A DNA stretch of 64,000 bases from Candidatus Bathyarchaeota archaeon (GTDB lineage Archaea; Thermoproteota; Bathyarchaeia; 40CM-2-53-6). This document shows positions 39,082 through 47,490 of the stretch, in pieces; position 1 is the first letter of the stretch; each line of letters begins with the position of its first letter. Both the position numbers and the translations under genes were made by a program. A model generated the notes under the pieces. That model was not told the DNA's origin. It made no database searches and saw nothing but the letters and a program-made list of their open reading frames with translations. Where the stretch lies: NCBI GenBank assembly GCA_963733055.1, contig CAVTBR010000001.1, positions 1,184,001-1,248,000 of the forward strand. The letters run 5' to 3'.

Positions 39082-40209
39082 TTGCCTAAAAACGTGCAAA
39101 TACAAGCCTTTCACGAGAACAATGGACATTTGACCGAGTTTGCTGGTTACAACCTCCCGCTTTGGTTCAAAGGAATAATCCCAGAATCACTCGCCGTCAG
39201 GAACGCCGCCGGAATCTTTGACGTTAGCCACATGGGCCGGGCGTTGGTCGAAGGTCGAGACTCGGTACGATTCCTAGATCACATTACAACAAACGATGTC
39301 GCATCTCTCGGTAAATGTGTGGGTCAGTACTCGCTGCTCTGTAATTCGGTCGGCGGAATCAAAGACGACATTCTAGTCTTCGACCTGAAGCAGGATCAAT
39401 ACCTGATTGTGTATAATGCCGCCAACCGTGAAAGTGACTACGAATGGTTCGACTCGAACAAGGAGGGGTTTGACGCAGAGATTCAGGACGTATCCGATGA
39501 TGTCGCAATGTTCGCGGTACAAGGCCCGAAAGCCGTCCCGTTGATTACTAAACTTGCCGATGCACCTCTCGGCAATTTACCGCGCTTCGCCTGTGATTGG
39601 GCGGAGATCGCCGGGTCTAAAGTTCTGGTTTCGAGAACAGGTTACACGGGTGAAGATGGATTCGAGATATTCGTTTGGGACGCCCCTATTGGAAACGACG
39701 TGAACGCGCAGAAAGTTTGGGATAAGATACTGGAGGCGGGCAGACCGGAAGGACTTGAGCCATGCGGCCTAGGTGCGAGAGATCTATTGCGACTTGAGGC
39801 GGGACTCTGCTTGTACGGCACTGACATGGACGAAAACACGAACCCCTTCGAAGCAAAATTGGGATTCGTTGTCAAGCTGAACAAGGACTTCATTGGACGG
39901 AGCAGTCTGCAAACAATCAAGGAAAAAGGTCCCGCGAAATTGCGAGTTGGTGCTGTAACAGAAAATCGAGTGATACCGAGACACGGGTTCAGCATCCTCC
40001 TCAATGAAGAAGAAATAGGCCGAGTAACAAGTGGCACCCTCTCTCCCCTCCTCGATAGGGGGATCGCAATGGGTTACGTGACCCCGCAATATGCAAGTCA
40101 GAATAACGCTGTCAAAATCAAGATTAGGGATAGAGTTGAAGGGGCAAAATTCGTGAAGCCCCCGTTCTACGACATAAGCAAGTATGGATACTCACGGAAG
40201 ACTCAGTAG
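39082..40209 (+). CDS. gcvT: glycine cleavage system T protein (aminomethyltransferase)
   Basis: FDVSHMG, GGIKDD, AVQGP, RTGYTGEDGFE, GLGARDLLRLEAG. Confidence 0.96.
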   Translation: MPKNVQIQAFHENNGHLTEFAGYNLPLWFKGIIPESLAVRNAAGIFDVSHMGRALVEGRDSVRFLDHITTNDVASLGKCVGQYSLLCNSVGGIKDDILVFDLKQDQYLIVYNAANRESDYEWFDSNKEGFDAEIQDVSDDVAMFAVQGPKAVPLITKLADAPLGNLPRFACDWAEIAGSKVLVSRTGYTGEDGFEIFVWDAPIGNDVNAQKVWDKILEAGRPEGLEPCGLGARDLLRLEAGLCLYGTDMDENTNPFEAKLGFVVKLNKDFIGRSSLQTIKEKGPAKLRVGAVTENRVIPRHGFSILLNEEEIGRVTSGTLSPLLDRGIAMGYVTPQYASQNNAVKIKIRDRVEGAKFVKPPFYDISKYGYSRKTQ

Positions 40210-40221
40210 CGTCGGTCGGTT

Positions 40222-40557
40222 CTAGTCGCGTTCCAGTTTAGATCGAAGCCACTTCAGCGGACCTTCCCCCTCAGCGCCCGCGTAAGGGACCGTTTCTCTT
40301 GTCTCAGTCATCGCGGAAGTTGGGGTAAGGACTGTAACGATCGGAGTCCAACGAAAGCCCTTCAGGCTTGGCATAGGCGCGCCGCATTCTATGCACTGCT
40401 CTAATCCATCTGGGTTGGGGGTTCCGCATTGGGAACAGTATATTGGATTTAGAATCGAACCGCAATTAATGCAGTACCTCCCATCGCTGACATTCGCCTT
40501 TCCGCAAGATGGGCAAGACAAGTAGGCATCAGGCATGGTATGATTCCCAATCCACAC
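40222..40557 (-). CDS. double zinc-ribbon protein
   Basis: CPSC, CINC, CSQC, CIEC. Confidence 0.75.
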   Translation of the reverse strand: MWIGNHTMPDAYLSCPSCGKANVSDGRYCINCGSILNPIYCSQCGTPNPDGLEQCIECGAPMPSLKGFRWTPIVTVLTPTSAMTETRETVPYAGAEGEGPLKWLRSKLERD

Positions 40558-40745
40558 TGAAATCAGTCATTCGGCCTGACAAGGTTTTCGGACATTGATG
40601 ACTCGAAACTCAAACCGGCTTACATTGAAATCGCAGGCACACACGTCCAGAGTGTGAATGACAAGGCGATTGAATCGGTCGTTCTGCTTCATCAACCTTT
40701 TATAACGCGCTCAAAGTGTACCTTCGAAAATCTGCGGGTGCATAA

Positions 40746-43517
40746 ATGTCAGCTACCGGCCGAGCCCTGAGAAAAGCTCGAAGCGTGATGGGCAGGTACG
40801 TAAACCGCGAGGTCCTAGCGGAACGTGTCGACGGCATTCGCAAAGCAGCGTCAGGAGTTTCTCGCGGGACTGTTCTAGAATACATCGCCCTCGGACTGAT
40901 AGTGATCATCGCCCTAGCTGTTAGATTGATGCCAATTCGCTGGGGATACTACCTCAACGAATTTGACCCATACCTCCAATGGCGAATGGCACAGTTCACA
41001 GTCGATCATGGTTTTCTCGCTTGGTTCCAATGGCATGACAGCATGAGCTGGTTCCCATACGGTGCCGACATGCCGACTTGGAACTTGTACGGTGAAGCGT
41101 TCGTTGTCGCGGCCATAGTAATGCTGCTACGCTTCATGGGGATAGGAGTTGCAGTGTTCGACGTAGCCATGGTCTTCCCTATTGTTGCAGGAACAATTAC
41201 GGTGTTGATCGCATATTTCCTCGGTAAGGATTTCTGGGGAAAAGGCGCTGGAATGTTAACCGCCCTGTTCCTAGCATTGAACCCTAGCAGCATCGGACGA
41301 ACTCAGCTCGGCTTCTTGCGTCACGAGCCCCTTGGGATTCTTCTAATGCTTGTGATCTTTCTCTCATTCCGTCGAGCAACGGTTGCCAGTTCCTCAACAC
41401 GCAAAACTATCGCGTACTCGGCAATAACAGGCTTCTCACTTTTCTATCTCGCAGCAGAATGGGCAGGCTCCCTCTTCCCACTCGATCTGATCCCCCTATA
41501 CGTCGTTGTCCTCGTCTTGGTCGGGCGCTATTCCAAGAAACTGCTTCTGAGCTATTCCCTTTCAATGGGCATCTTCCTTCTCTTCACTCCGTTCCTCGTC
41601 CCGAAACTCGGATTCGGTTCACTTACCGACCTCACATGGTTGGCTGTTCTCGGAGGAGAGCTGGTTCTCGTTGCTCGGGAAGCTTCGTCGTACCTTGAAA
41701 GTAATAGGATGCGGGTCTACACATTAGGAGCCGTCGTGCTGGGAACTGCGGCGCTCGTCGTAGTCCTCTCTTACTTCAACATCGCTGTAATACCATACGG
41801 CAAATTCTACGCCGTCATCAACCCATTCGTCCGCGGCGATGTTCCGATCATCGCTAGCGTTGCCGAACACCAACCAGCAACATGGGGGAGCTTCTTCTAC
41901 GAGTTCGGCGCCATAACTTTCCTAATTCTATTCGGAATAGTCTTCGTAATCCAGAGAGGTAGAAATGAAGATATATTCACAATCCTCTGGGCAGTAACCG
42001 GGGTCTACTTCGCCGCATCATTCGTGCGACTGACACTGTTACTCGCTCCCGTCTTCTGCATTCTAGGTGCAATTGGTACTGTTGAGTTAGGGAAACCCGC
42101 GGTTGACATTGTGCGAGAGGCCGTCATCTATCCGAAACGCAAGACTCGCGTAATCTCCAGGATAGGGCGGGAGTTTGGAGTCGCCATCTTCCTCATCTTG
42201 CTAATTGCCATAATTCCAACCTTCTGGACCGCCGTGCGGGGATCATACCAGCCTGCAACCATAGTCACGTCCAGCATTCCAACGGCACCTGCAGCCGGAA
42301 ATGAGCTGAAATACCAAGATTGGCTCGAAGCGTTATCGTGGATGCGTTTGAACACGCCGCCAAGCTCAGTTGTATTTGCGTGGTGGGATTACGGTTACTG
42401 GATAACGGCGCTCGGGCAACGTAGTACAATTGCGGACAACGGAACCCAAAACTCAACGCAGATAGGAATGGTCGCCCAGACTTTCCTCGATAACATCACG
42501 TTTGCACTTCCCAACCTTCAACGTTACAATGTTTCGTACGTAGCAATCTTCATCACCCCATCGAGCAGTAGCTCCGGAGGATGGCAGGGATTCGGTGAAG
42601 ATGGTAAATGGTATTGGATGGCCCGCATCGGGAACAATACCATGTGGAACGACAAATACCTGGTCAACTTCTATGTGACGAGCACCAACCCTCAGACTGG
42701 AGCTAGCGATTACTCACGAGTAATCAGGGCCCCAGTAACGAAGACGATCATAAGCAACGACACGCTCACGACCAGTGCACAGCTGAACGCGAATTCGATG
42801 CTCGGTTACATGATGACTTATGTTACGTCAAGCACTCAAACTACACCATCACCGTACCTCACTCAAGTATTTCAGTCAACTAACAAGTTCGTATACTTGT
42901 TCAAAGTGAATTTGATCAAGCAAAGTTTCATCACGATGCGGCCGGTCAATTCACAAATTGTGTACGGAACTCCGGTGACCATGACGGGCAACATTACGGA
43001 TACGAGTGGAAACCCACTCACCACGCAACCTGTGCAAGTCGCTTTGGAGTCGTCTGTTGATAGTGGACAGTCGTGGCAACAAATCGGAACGGTTACCGCT
43101 TCACCAAACGGTGCGTATAACTACACAGCACTTCCGAACGCGGGCACCTACGAGATTCGCGCCCACTACAGTGGCAGCTCAACATACGGCGACATCGTCT
43201 CAACGCCCCAAACAATTGTCGTTTCAAAGGCGAACGCCACCCTAACCCTATCAACTTCACCCGCCACATTCAGCCAAGGGCAAAACATCACGGTGACCGT
43301 AACACTCTCACCCTACGTGACAAACACGAACGTAACGGTCGCCTACACTTTCGACAATAAGACTTTCACCCCGGTCGATACGCTACTCATGACCTCGCCG
43401 ACAATGAGTTTCACATGGAAGGCCGATGTTCCAGGCACCTTCATGTTAGTCGCTACTCTGCAGGCAGGTACGAACTACAACCCTGCAACCGCATACCTCA
43501 CGATCCGCAGATCGTAA
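40746..43517 (+). CDS. aglB: oligosaccharyltransferase AglB/STT3 with C-terminal Ig-like domains
   Basis: NEFDPY, SVAEHQP, WWDYGY, DNGT, EDGKWYWMARIG; multiple TMs; Thr-rich beta tail. Confidence 0.94.
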   Translation: MSATGRALRKARSVMGRYVNREVLAERVDGIRKAASGVSRGTVLEYIALGLIVIIALAVRLMPIRWGYYLNEFDPYLQWRMAQFTVDHGFLAWFQWHDSMSWFPYGADMPTWNLYGEAFVVAAIVMLLRFMGIGVAVFDVAMVFPIVAGTITVLIAYFLGKDFWGKGAGMLTALFLALNPSSIGRTQLGFLRHEPLGILLMLVIFLSFRRATVASSSTRKTIAYSAITGFSLFYLAAEWAGSLFPLDLIPLYVVVLVLVGRYSKKLLLSYSLSMGIFLLFTPFLVPKLGFGSLTDLTWLAVLGGELVLVAREASSYLESNRMRVYTLGAVVLGTAALVVVLSYFNIAVIPYGKFYAVINPFVRGDVPIIASVAEHQPATWGSFFYEFGAITFLILFGIVFVIQRGRNEDIFTILWAVTGVYFAASFVRLTLLLAPVFCILGAIGTVELGKPAVDIVREAVIYPKRKTRVISRIGREFGVAIFLILLIAIIPTFWTAVRGSYQPATIVTSSIPTAPAAGNELKYQDWLEALSWMRLNTPPSSVVFAWWDYGYWITALGQRSTIADNGTQNSTQIGMVAQTFLDNITFALPNLQRYNVSYVAIFITPSSSSSGGWQGFGEDGKWYWMARIGNNTMWNDKYLVNFYVTSTNPQTGASDYSRVIRAPVTKTIISNDTLTTSAQLNANSMLGYMMTYVTSSTQTTPSPYLTQVFQSTNKFVYLFKVNLIKQSFITMRPVNSQIVYGTPVTMTGNITDTSGNPLTTQPVQVALESSVDSGQSWQQIGTVTASPNGAYNYTALPNAGTYEIRAHYSGSSTYGDIVSTPQTIVVSKANATLTLSTSPATFSQGQNITVTVTLSPYVTNTNVTVAYTFDNKTFTPVDTLLMTSPTMSFTWKADVPGTFMLVATLQAGTNYNPATAYLTIRRS

Positions 43518-43555
43518 GCAAAGACTAGCGGCTCTAGAGCAGAGCCGTCAGTTTC

Positions 43556-43708
43556 TTATTCGCTTCCAGGTTGACGTAGCTTAGCGTACTTGTCGTGCGG
43601 AGAAAATCTGGTCGGCTGTGGGCTAACGGTTTGTGATCCGCACTTAGGACAGTTAAGCTTCATTGTGTAGGTTTTGCAGCCCGGACATTTTCTTATGAGC
43701 CACTTCAA
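43556..43708 (-). CDS. nop10: H/ACA RNP protein Nop10 (not in the ORF track)
   Basis: Manual translation MKWLIRKCPGCKTYTMKLNCPKCGSQTVSPQPTRFSPHDKYAKLRQPGSE*; TTGA overlap with aIF2a stop. Confidence 0.93.
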   Translation of the reverse strand: MKWLIRKCPGCKTYTMKLNCPKCGSQTVSPQPTRFSPHDKYAKLRQPGSE

Positions 43709-44487
43709 CCTAGTTTGCGTCCTTCGCCGCCGAGACCCTTGATTGCGTTTAGCGCTTCGTCCAAGGCGAGGTTCAGCGTAGCCTGAGCGTCCGTTATTTC
43801 CTTGCTTCTGACCTCAAACCGGTACTTCGGGGATCCGAGCGTGTAGACTTTGATCGTGGTCCCGCGTGATTTCTTGACTTTCTTCGCCCCATGTAATGCT
43901 TGTCGAATCGCTTCAACGCCATCAGTCTTTACGCAGGTGAGTTCTACCGTCCCCGTAACCTTAGCCTTCTCAAGCCTGATCTTGCTTCTGGCCACCTCGG
44001 TTAGTGCCTTGGCCCAATCTTCGGCTATTCCAAGCTTGGTGAAGGTCTCTTCTCCTTCATCCGTTGCTTCCTCAAACGCGTCGAAGGGATTGTCGAACTT
44101 CTCGTAAATCACGTCACTAATCTTTGCTACGTCTTCGTCGCCGACTTGCAGTCGTTCAGCCGCACCTTTGATTATAGAGTCCGCCTTCTTCACTTTCTTC
44201 CATTCAAGCATCTTCTCGGACTTTTCACGGCCAGTGACTCTGCGGAGTGAAAGGTCAACTTGGTTGCGTTGGGGGCTTACCCGTAAGACTTTCAGGGCGA
44301 GTTTTTGGCCTGGTCTTACGTGGACTCTAATGTTTTTTACGTATGTGCTTGCGATTTCTGAAATGTGGATTAAGCCTTCGACGCCGTCGTACTCGTCGAG
44401 TTTGACGTATGCCCCGTAATCCACAACGCGCGTGACAGAGGCTACGACAAGGTCGCCGACTTCGGGATATTCAACGGGGCTTGACAT
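43705..44487 (-). CDS. eif2a: translation initiation factor 2 subunit alpha
   Basis: YPEVGDLV, GAYVKLDEY, HISE, VDLSLRRV, GSPKYR. Confidence 0.96.
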   Translation of the reverse strand: MSSPVEYPEVGDLVVASVTRVVDYGAYVKLDEYDGVEGLIHISEIASTYVKNIRVHVRPGQKLALKVLRVSPQRNQVDLSLRRVTGREKSEKMLEWKKVKKADSIIKGAAERLQVGDEDVAKISDVIYEKFDNPFDAFEEATDEGEETFTKLGIAEDWAKALTEVARSKIRLEKAKVTGTVELTCVKTDGVEAIRQALHGAKKVKKSRGTTIKVYTLGSPKYRFEVRSKEITDAQATLNLALDEALNAIKGLGGEGRKLG

Positions 44488-44501
44488 CGTTCTTCGCCGG
44501 T

Positions 44502-44696
44502 TTATCCGAGGACTTGAACTACCTCGGCCTTGAGCGTTGCCTTTCCACCAGTGGGATCAGCTAGCACTTCACTGCAAACCGAACAGTGCGGAGCGAGGGA
44601 TGGCCGGTCAAATACGACTTGCTCATTCCCACATTTCGGGCACTTGACCCTGATGAAGTTGCTCTGAGGCTTCGGAATTAATTCGCCTTTAACCAC
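44502..44696 (-). CDS. rps27e: 30S ribosomal protein S27e
   Basis: FIRVKCPKCGNEQVVF...CSVC...PTGGKA. Confidence 0.96.
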   Translation of the reverse strand: MVKGELIPKPQSNFIRVKCPKCGNEQVVFDRPSLAPHCSVCSEVLADPTGGKATLKAEVVQVLG

Positions 44697-44859
44697 TTCT
44701 CATTCCCAACCTACTGAGGAAACTGCCAGAAAGGAAGCATACAACATAAGGCTTCTGTTAGCCATCCGGTAGATGGATCGGTTCGCAGAACCGAAAATAA
44801 TGATCATTGTAAGGTGATCAATGAATGGGGAGAACCGTCTAGCGGGAGGTGGATGTTGC

Positions 44860-45135
44860 TTAGGTGAGGTCTAGTTTGCGAAGTCGTATTCCGAGTCTAA
44901 AGACTACGGCGTCGCATGTTCGACAGGTAAGTCTGAGCAACATTTTTTTCGTTGTCTTAGCTGTCCTTTTGAGTTTTGGAAACTTTTGGCCGCCGTACCC
45001 GAGCTCGTCACGTGCGTGCCGCCTATTCCCGACGGCCATCGCTCTATCCTTGCCTTTCTTGTATATCGACACTTGATGATCAGTATGGGTTTTGCACTTA
45101 GGGCAGAAGGTCCTCATTTCTTTAGGCACTTTCAT
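44860..45135 (-). CDS. rpl44e: 50S ribosomal protein L44e
   Basis: MKVPK...CPKCKTHT...GYGGQKFP...KTTKK...CRTC. Confidence 0.97.
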   Translation of the reverse strand: MKVPKEMRTFCPKCKTHTDHQVSIYKKGKDRAMAVGNRRHARDELGYGGQKFPKLKRTAKTTKKMLLRLTCRTCDAVVFRLGIRLRKLDLT

Positions 45136-45176
45136 ACTGATCAGCTCGAATTCGGTACTAGCCTTGCGTGTTCTAT

Positions 45177-45767
45177 TTATTGTTGATGGCGATTTGAGCC
45201 TTCGTTCTTCGCGGTTTTGTGAAAGTTTCTTACTTCAATCTCTTTCGCGGCGCCTTGCTTAACCAAAGCCCTAGCATTTTGATCGGGAAGCGAGCCGACG
45301 TCTTCTTTCTTGTAGGGTCCGTAAATTTTCAAGTCAGTCCCAACTATTTCGGGTATGTCTTGCAGAAATCTCACGATTGACAATTCAGTTGGTTCTTCAG
45401 ATGTGGCGTCTTCGGTGCGAGCGGGCTCGTTTTTTCCTTGCCCGAAGGCTTTCATGGAGTCCTCGATGCCTTTGACCAGGGTCTTTTCTTCATCCGTTAA
45501 CCCTGTGGTGTCCACATCGCCTTGGCGTTTGGTGGCGCTTACGAGTTTCTGAAGCCTTGCCTCCTTCAATTCCCGTAGAAGTCTTGTTACGACTTCCTTT
45601 TCTTTTAGGGCGAGGCGGCCCTGAAGTGTGTGTGGCTCCAGAGCTGCGGAGTCTTGCTCCAAACCACTAAGGTAAGCCTGAACCTTTCGATAGAAATCGC
45701 CCGCGAGAGGTTGGGCCCTCTCAGAACTCTTCTCGGACTTCCATGCCTTGTACAGCTCGTTATACAA
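45177..45767 (-). CDS. DNA replication complex GINS subunit (Gins15)
   Basis: DFYRKVQAYL...RLQKLV...LTDEEK; C-terminal VRFLQDIPEIVGTDLKIYGPY; position in the priS-L44e cluster. Confidence 0.88.
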   Translation of the reverse strand: MYNELYKAWKSEKSSERAQPLAGDFYRKVQAYLSGLEQDSAALEPHTLQGRLALKEKEVVTRLLRELKEARLQKLVSATKRQGDVDTTGLTDEEKTLVKGIEDSMKAFGQGKNEPARTEDATSEEPTELSIVRFLQDIPEIVGTDLKIYGPYKKEDVGSLPDQNARALVKQGAAKEIEVRNFHKTAKNEGSNRHQQ

Positions 45768-45769
45768 AC

Positions 45770-47040
45770 TTAGTTCACCGGCGATGCAACGCCCTTTGCG
45801 ATCAGCAGTATGGCGGCAGCAAGTGGCAATTCAACTTTCTCATCGGCATAGGGGCCGAAGGTTTGATCCCGAAGCCTCAGCGCGGGGGCTTCCGTAATCT
45901 CAACTTTCTGTGTTCCTTCAAAAACGACGGGTTCATAGAATGGGTCAAATTCCTCTAGGCGATCCAGTTTGACTACTATCGCTTTAAGGCCGGTCTTTCC
46001 GTTTAGCGTTCCCGGCATTCTGATCAACCTGTGAACGTCGGTTGTGACGACGGTATCTATCTTGGCGGGTAGCGCGACTAGGCTCATCGCTTTTTCGACG
46101 ATGTTCCTCCAGATTTTTTCGTTGATTCTCCATTTATCTTGAAATGAGCTCCAAAGCATTTTCCTCGACCATTCAGTTTTGATTCGTTGACGGTCGTTGA
46201 GGATCTGGGCTGCCGCTCCACGCGTGAAGCCAAGTTCAACTAGTGAATTTTGATCCCATTCCGTGAGAATCTGATATACTCCTCTCGCCAGCCTGCCCCT
46301 CCATCCTAGATCAGTTAGGTCGGGTCCAACTATGATGGAGTGTTTGCTGTCGAACAGGCCCTGGTACAAACCCTGTTCCGCAGGGTCCAGCCCCAGCGCC
46401 ATTACGTAATCCACTATCTCTCTCCTCTGCACGTCGTCTAATGTCTTCAAACTGTCCGAGACTACGTGTAGGTGGTAACCTCTATGGCCAGAGAAGAAAA
46501 GATGTATTTCGTTTGATTTGATTCCGAAATCCTCTCCGAGAAATTCTAGAAGCTTCAAGACCTCTTCCTTAGCCGCAACGAGGCAGCGGTCGCAGAGCCA
46601 CGCTTTTTCCTCAAGCTTCTCGTTCCCACACTTAGGGCATTTCAGAGGTTTCTTTCCCCTCCTCGTTTCTTTGCAACTCGTGCAGACCCACATGTCATGA
46701 GTCTCCTTACATGGTGTATCGATGTGATCCTGCGTCGACATCGAAGACCACGTCGGAGCCTAACCACCCTTTACTTGCCATCTCAAGGTCCGGGTGCTGA
46801 TAGTAAGCGGTCGAGTAGTAGACGTCGGAGGGAGCGAGTGATAGTAATGAGTTGGTAAACATGTTGAAGTCATTGAACGCCTTATGCCTCACCATCACGC
46901 GTTTGCGGAAGAGTAGAAAACCGAATTCGTAGTTCGACCATTGATGGCGGAGGGTTAAGGGACGCAACGTTTGCTTTGTAGTATTCTTGGAATTTGAGTT
47001 TGAGAAATTCGAAGCGTTGCGTTGGGGTTTTGGTTTGCAA
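45770..47040 (-). CDS. priS: DNA primase small subunit; two frameshifts (about 46938 and 46730)
   Basis: Reconstructed MQTKTPTQRFEFLKLKFQEYY...YEFGF...VYYSTAYY...WLGSDVVFDVDADH...FSGHRGYH...IDTVVTTDVHRLIRMPGTLNGKTG. Confidence 0.92.
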
Positions 47041-47167
47041 ATTATTCTCATCGATTCGTGGAGTTCCCAGATCTTTGGCAAATCTCGTTTGGGGCGCCGA
47101 GCATATAGCTTTACCATGCGCTCACTTCATAAGCGGGTTCAGAGACTGATTTGAATGGTTGATTGAG

Positions 47168-47482
47168 ATGAGCGAAGGCTACGCAAAGGTGGGCCATGTT
47201 GCCGATTTTCCAGCAGGTTCTCTCAAGAAAGTAACGGTTGGTGTGGATGAAGTGGTCGTCGCCAACCTTGGAGGTAAGCTGTATGCGATCACGAGTAAGT
47301 GCACTCATAGGGGAGGGCCTCTAGACGAGGGTGAACTTGAGGGCAACACAATAATCTGCCCTTGGCACGGCGGCAAATTTGATGTTACTTCAGGAAAGGT
47401 CGTTAGCCCGCCCCCAATGAAGGACGAATCCTCCTTCTCCGTAAAAATCGAAGGCACCGACGTGATGCTCAAGAAGATGTAG
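47168..47482 (+). CDS. Rieske (2Fe-2S) ferredoxin
   Basis: CTHRGGPL and CPWHGGKF ligand motifs. Confidence 0.92.
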   Translation: MSEGYAKVGHVADFPAGSLKKVTVGVDEVVVANLGGKLYAITSKCTHRGGPLDEGELEGNTIICPWHGGKFDVTSGKVVSPPPMKDESSFSVKIEGTDVMLKKM

Positions 47483-47490
47483 CCGCAGAA

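Noticed and set aside
45770-47040. Programmed frameshifting or pseudogenisation of priS, aroK, aroA, HD hydrolase and doxX
   Set aside because: No slippery heptamers or stimulators, mixed shift directions, an essential gene affected and no other decay; assembly error is more parsimonious
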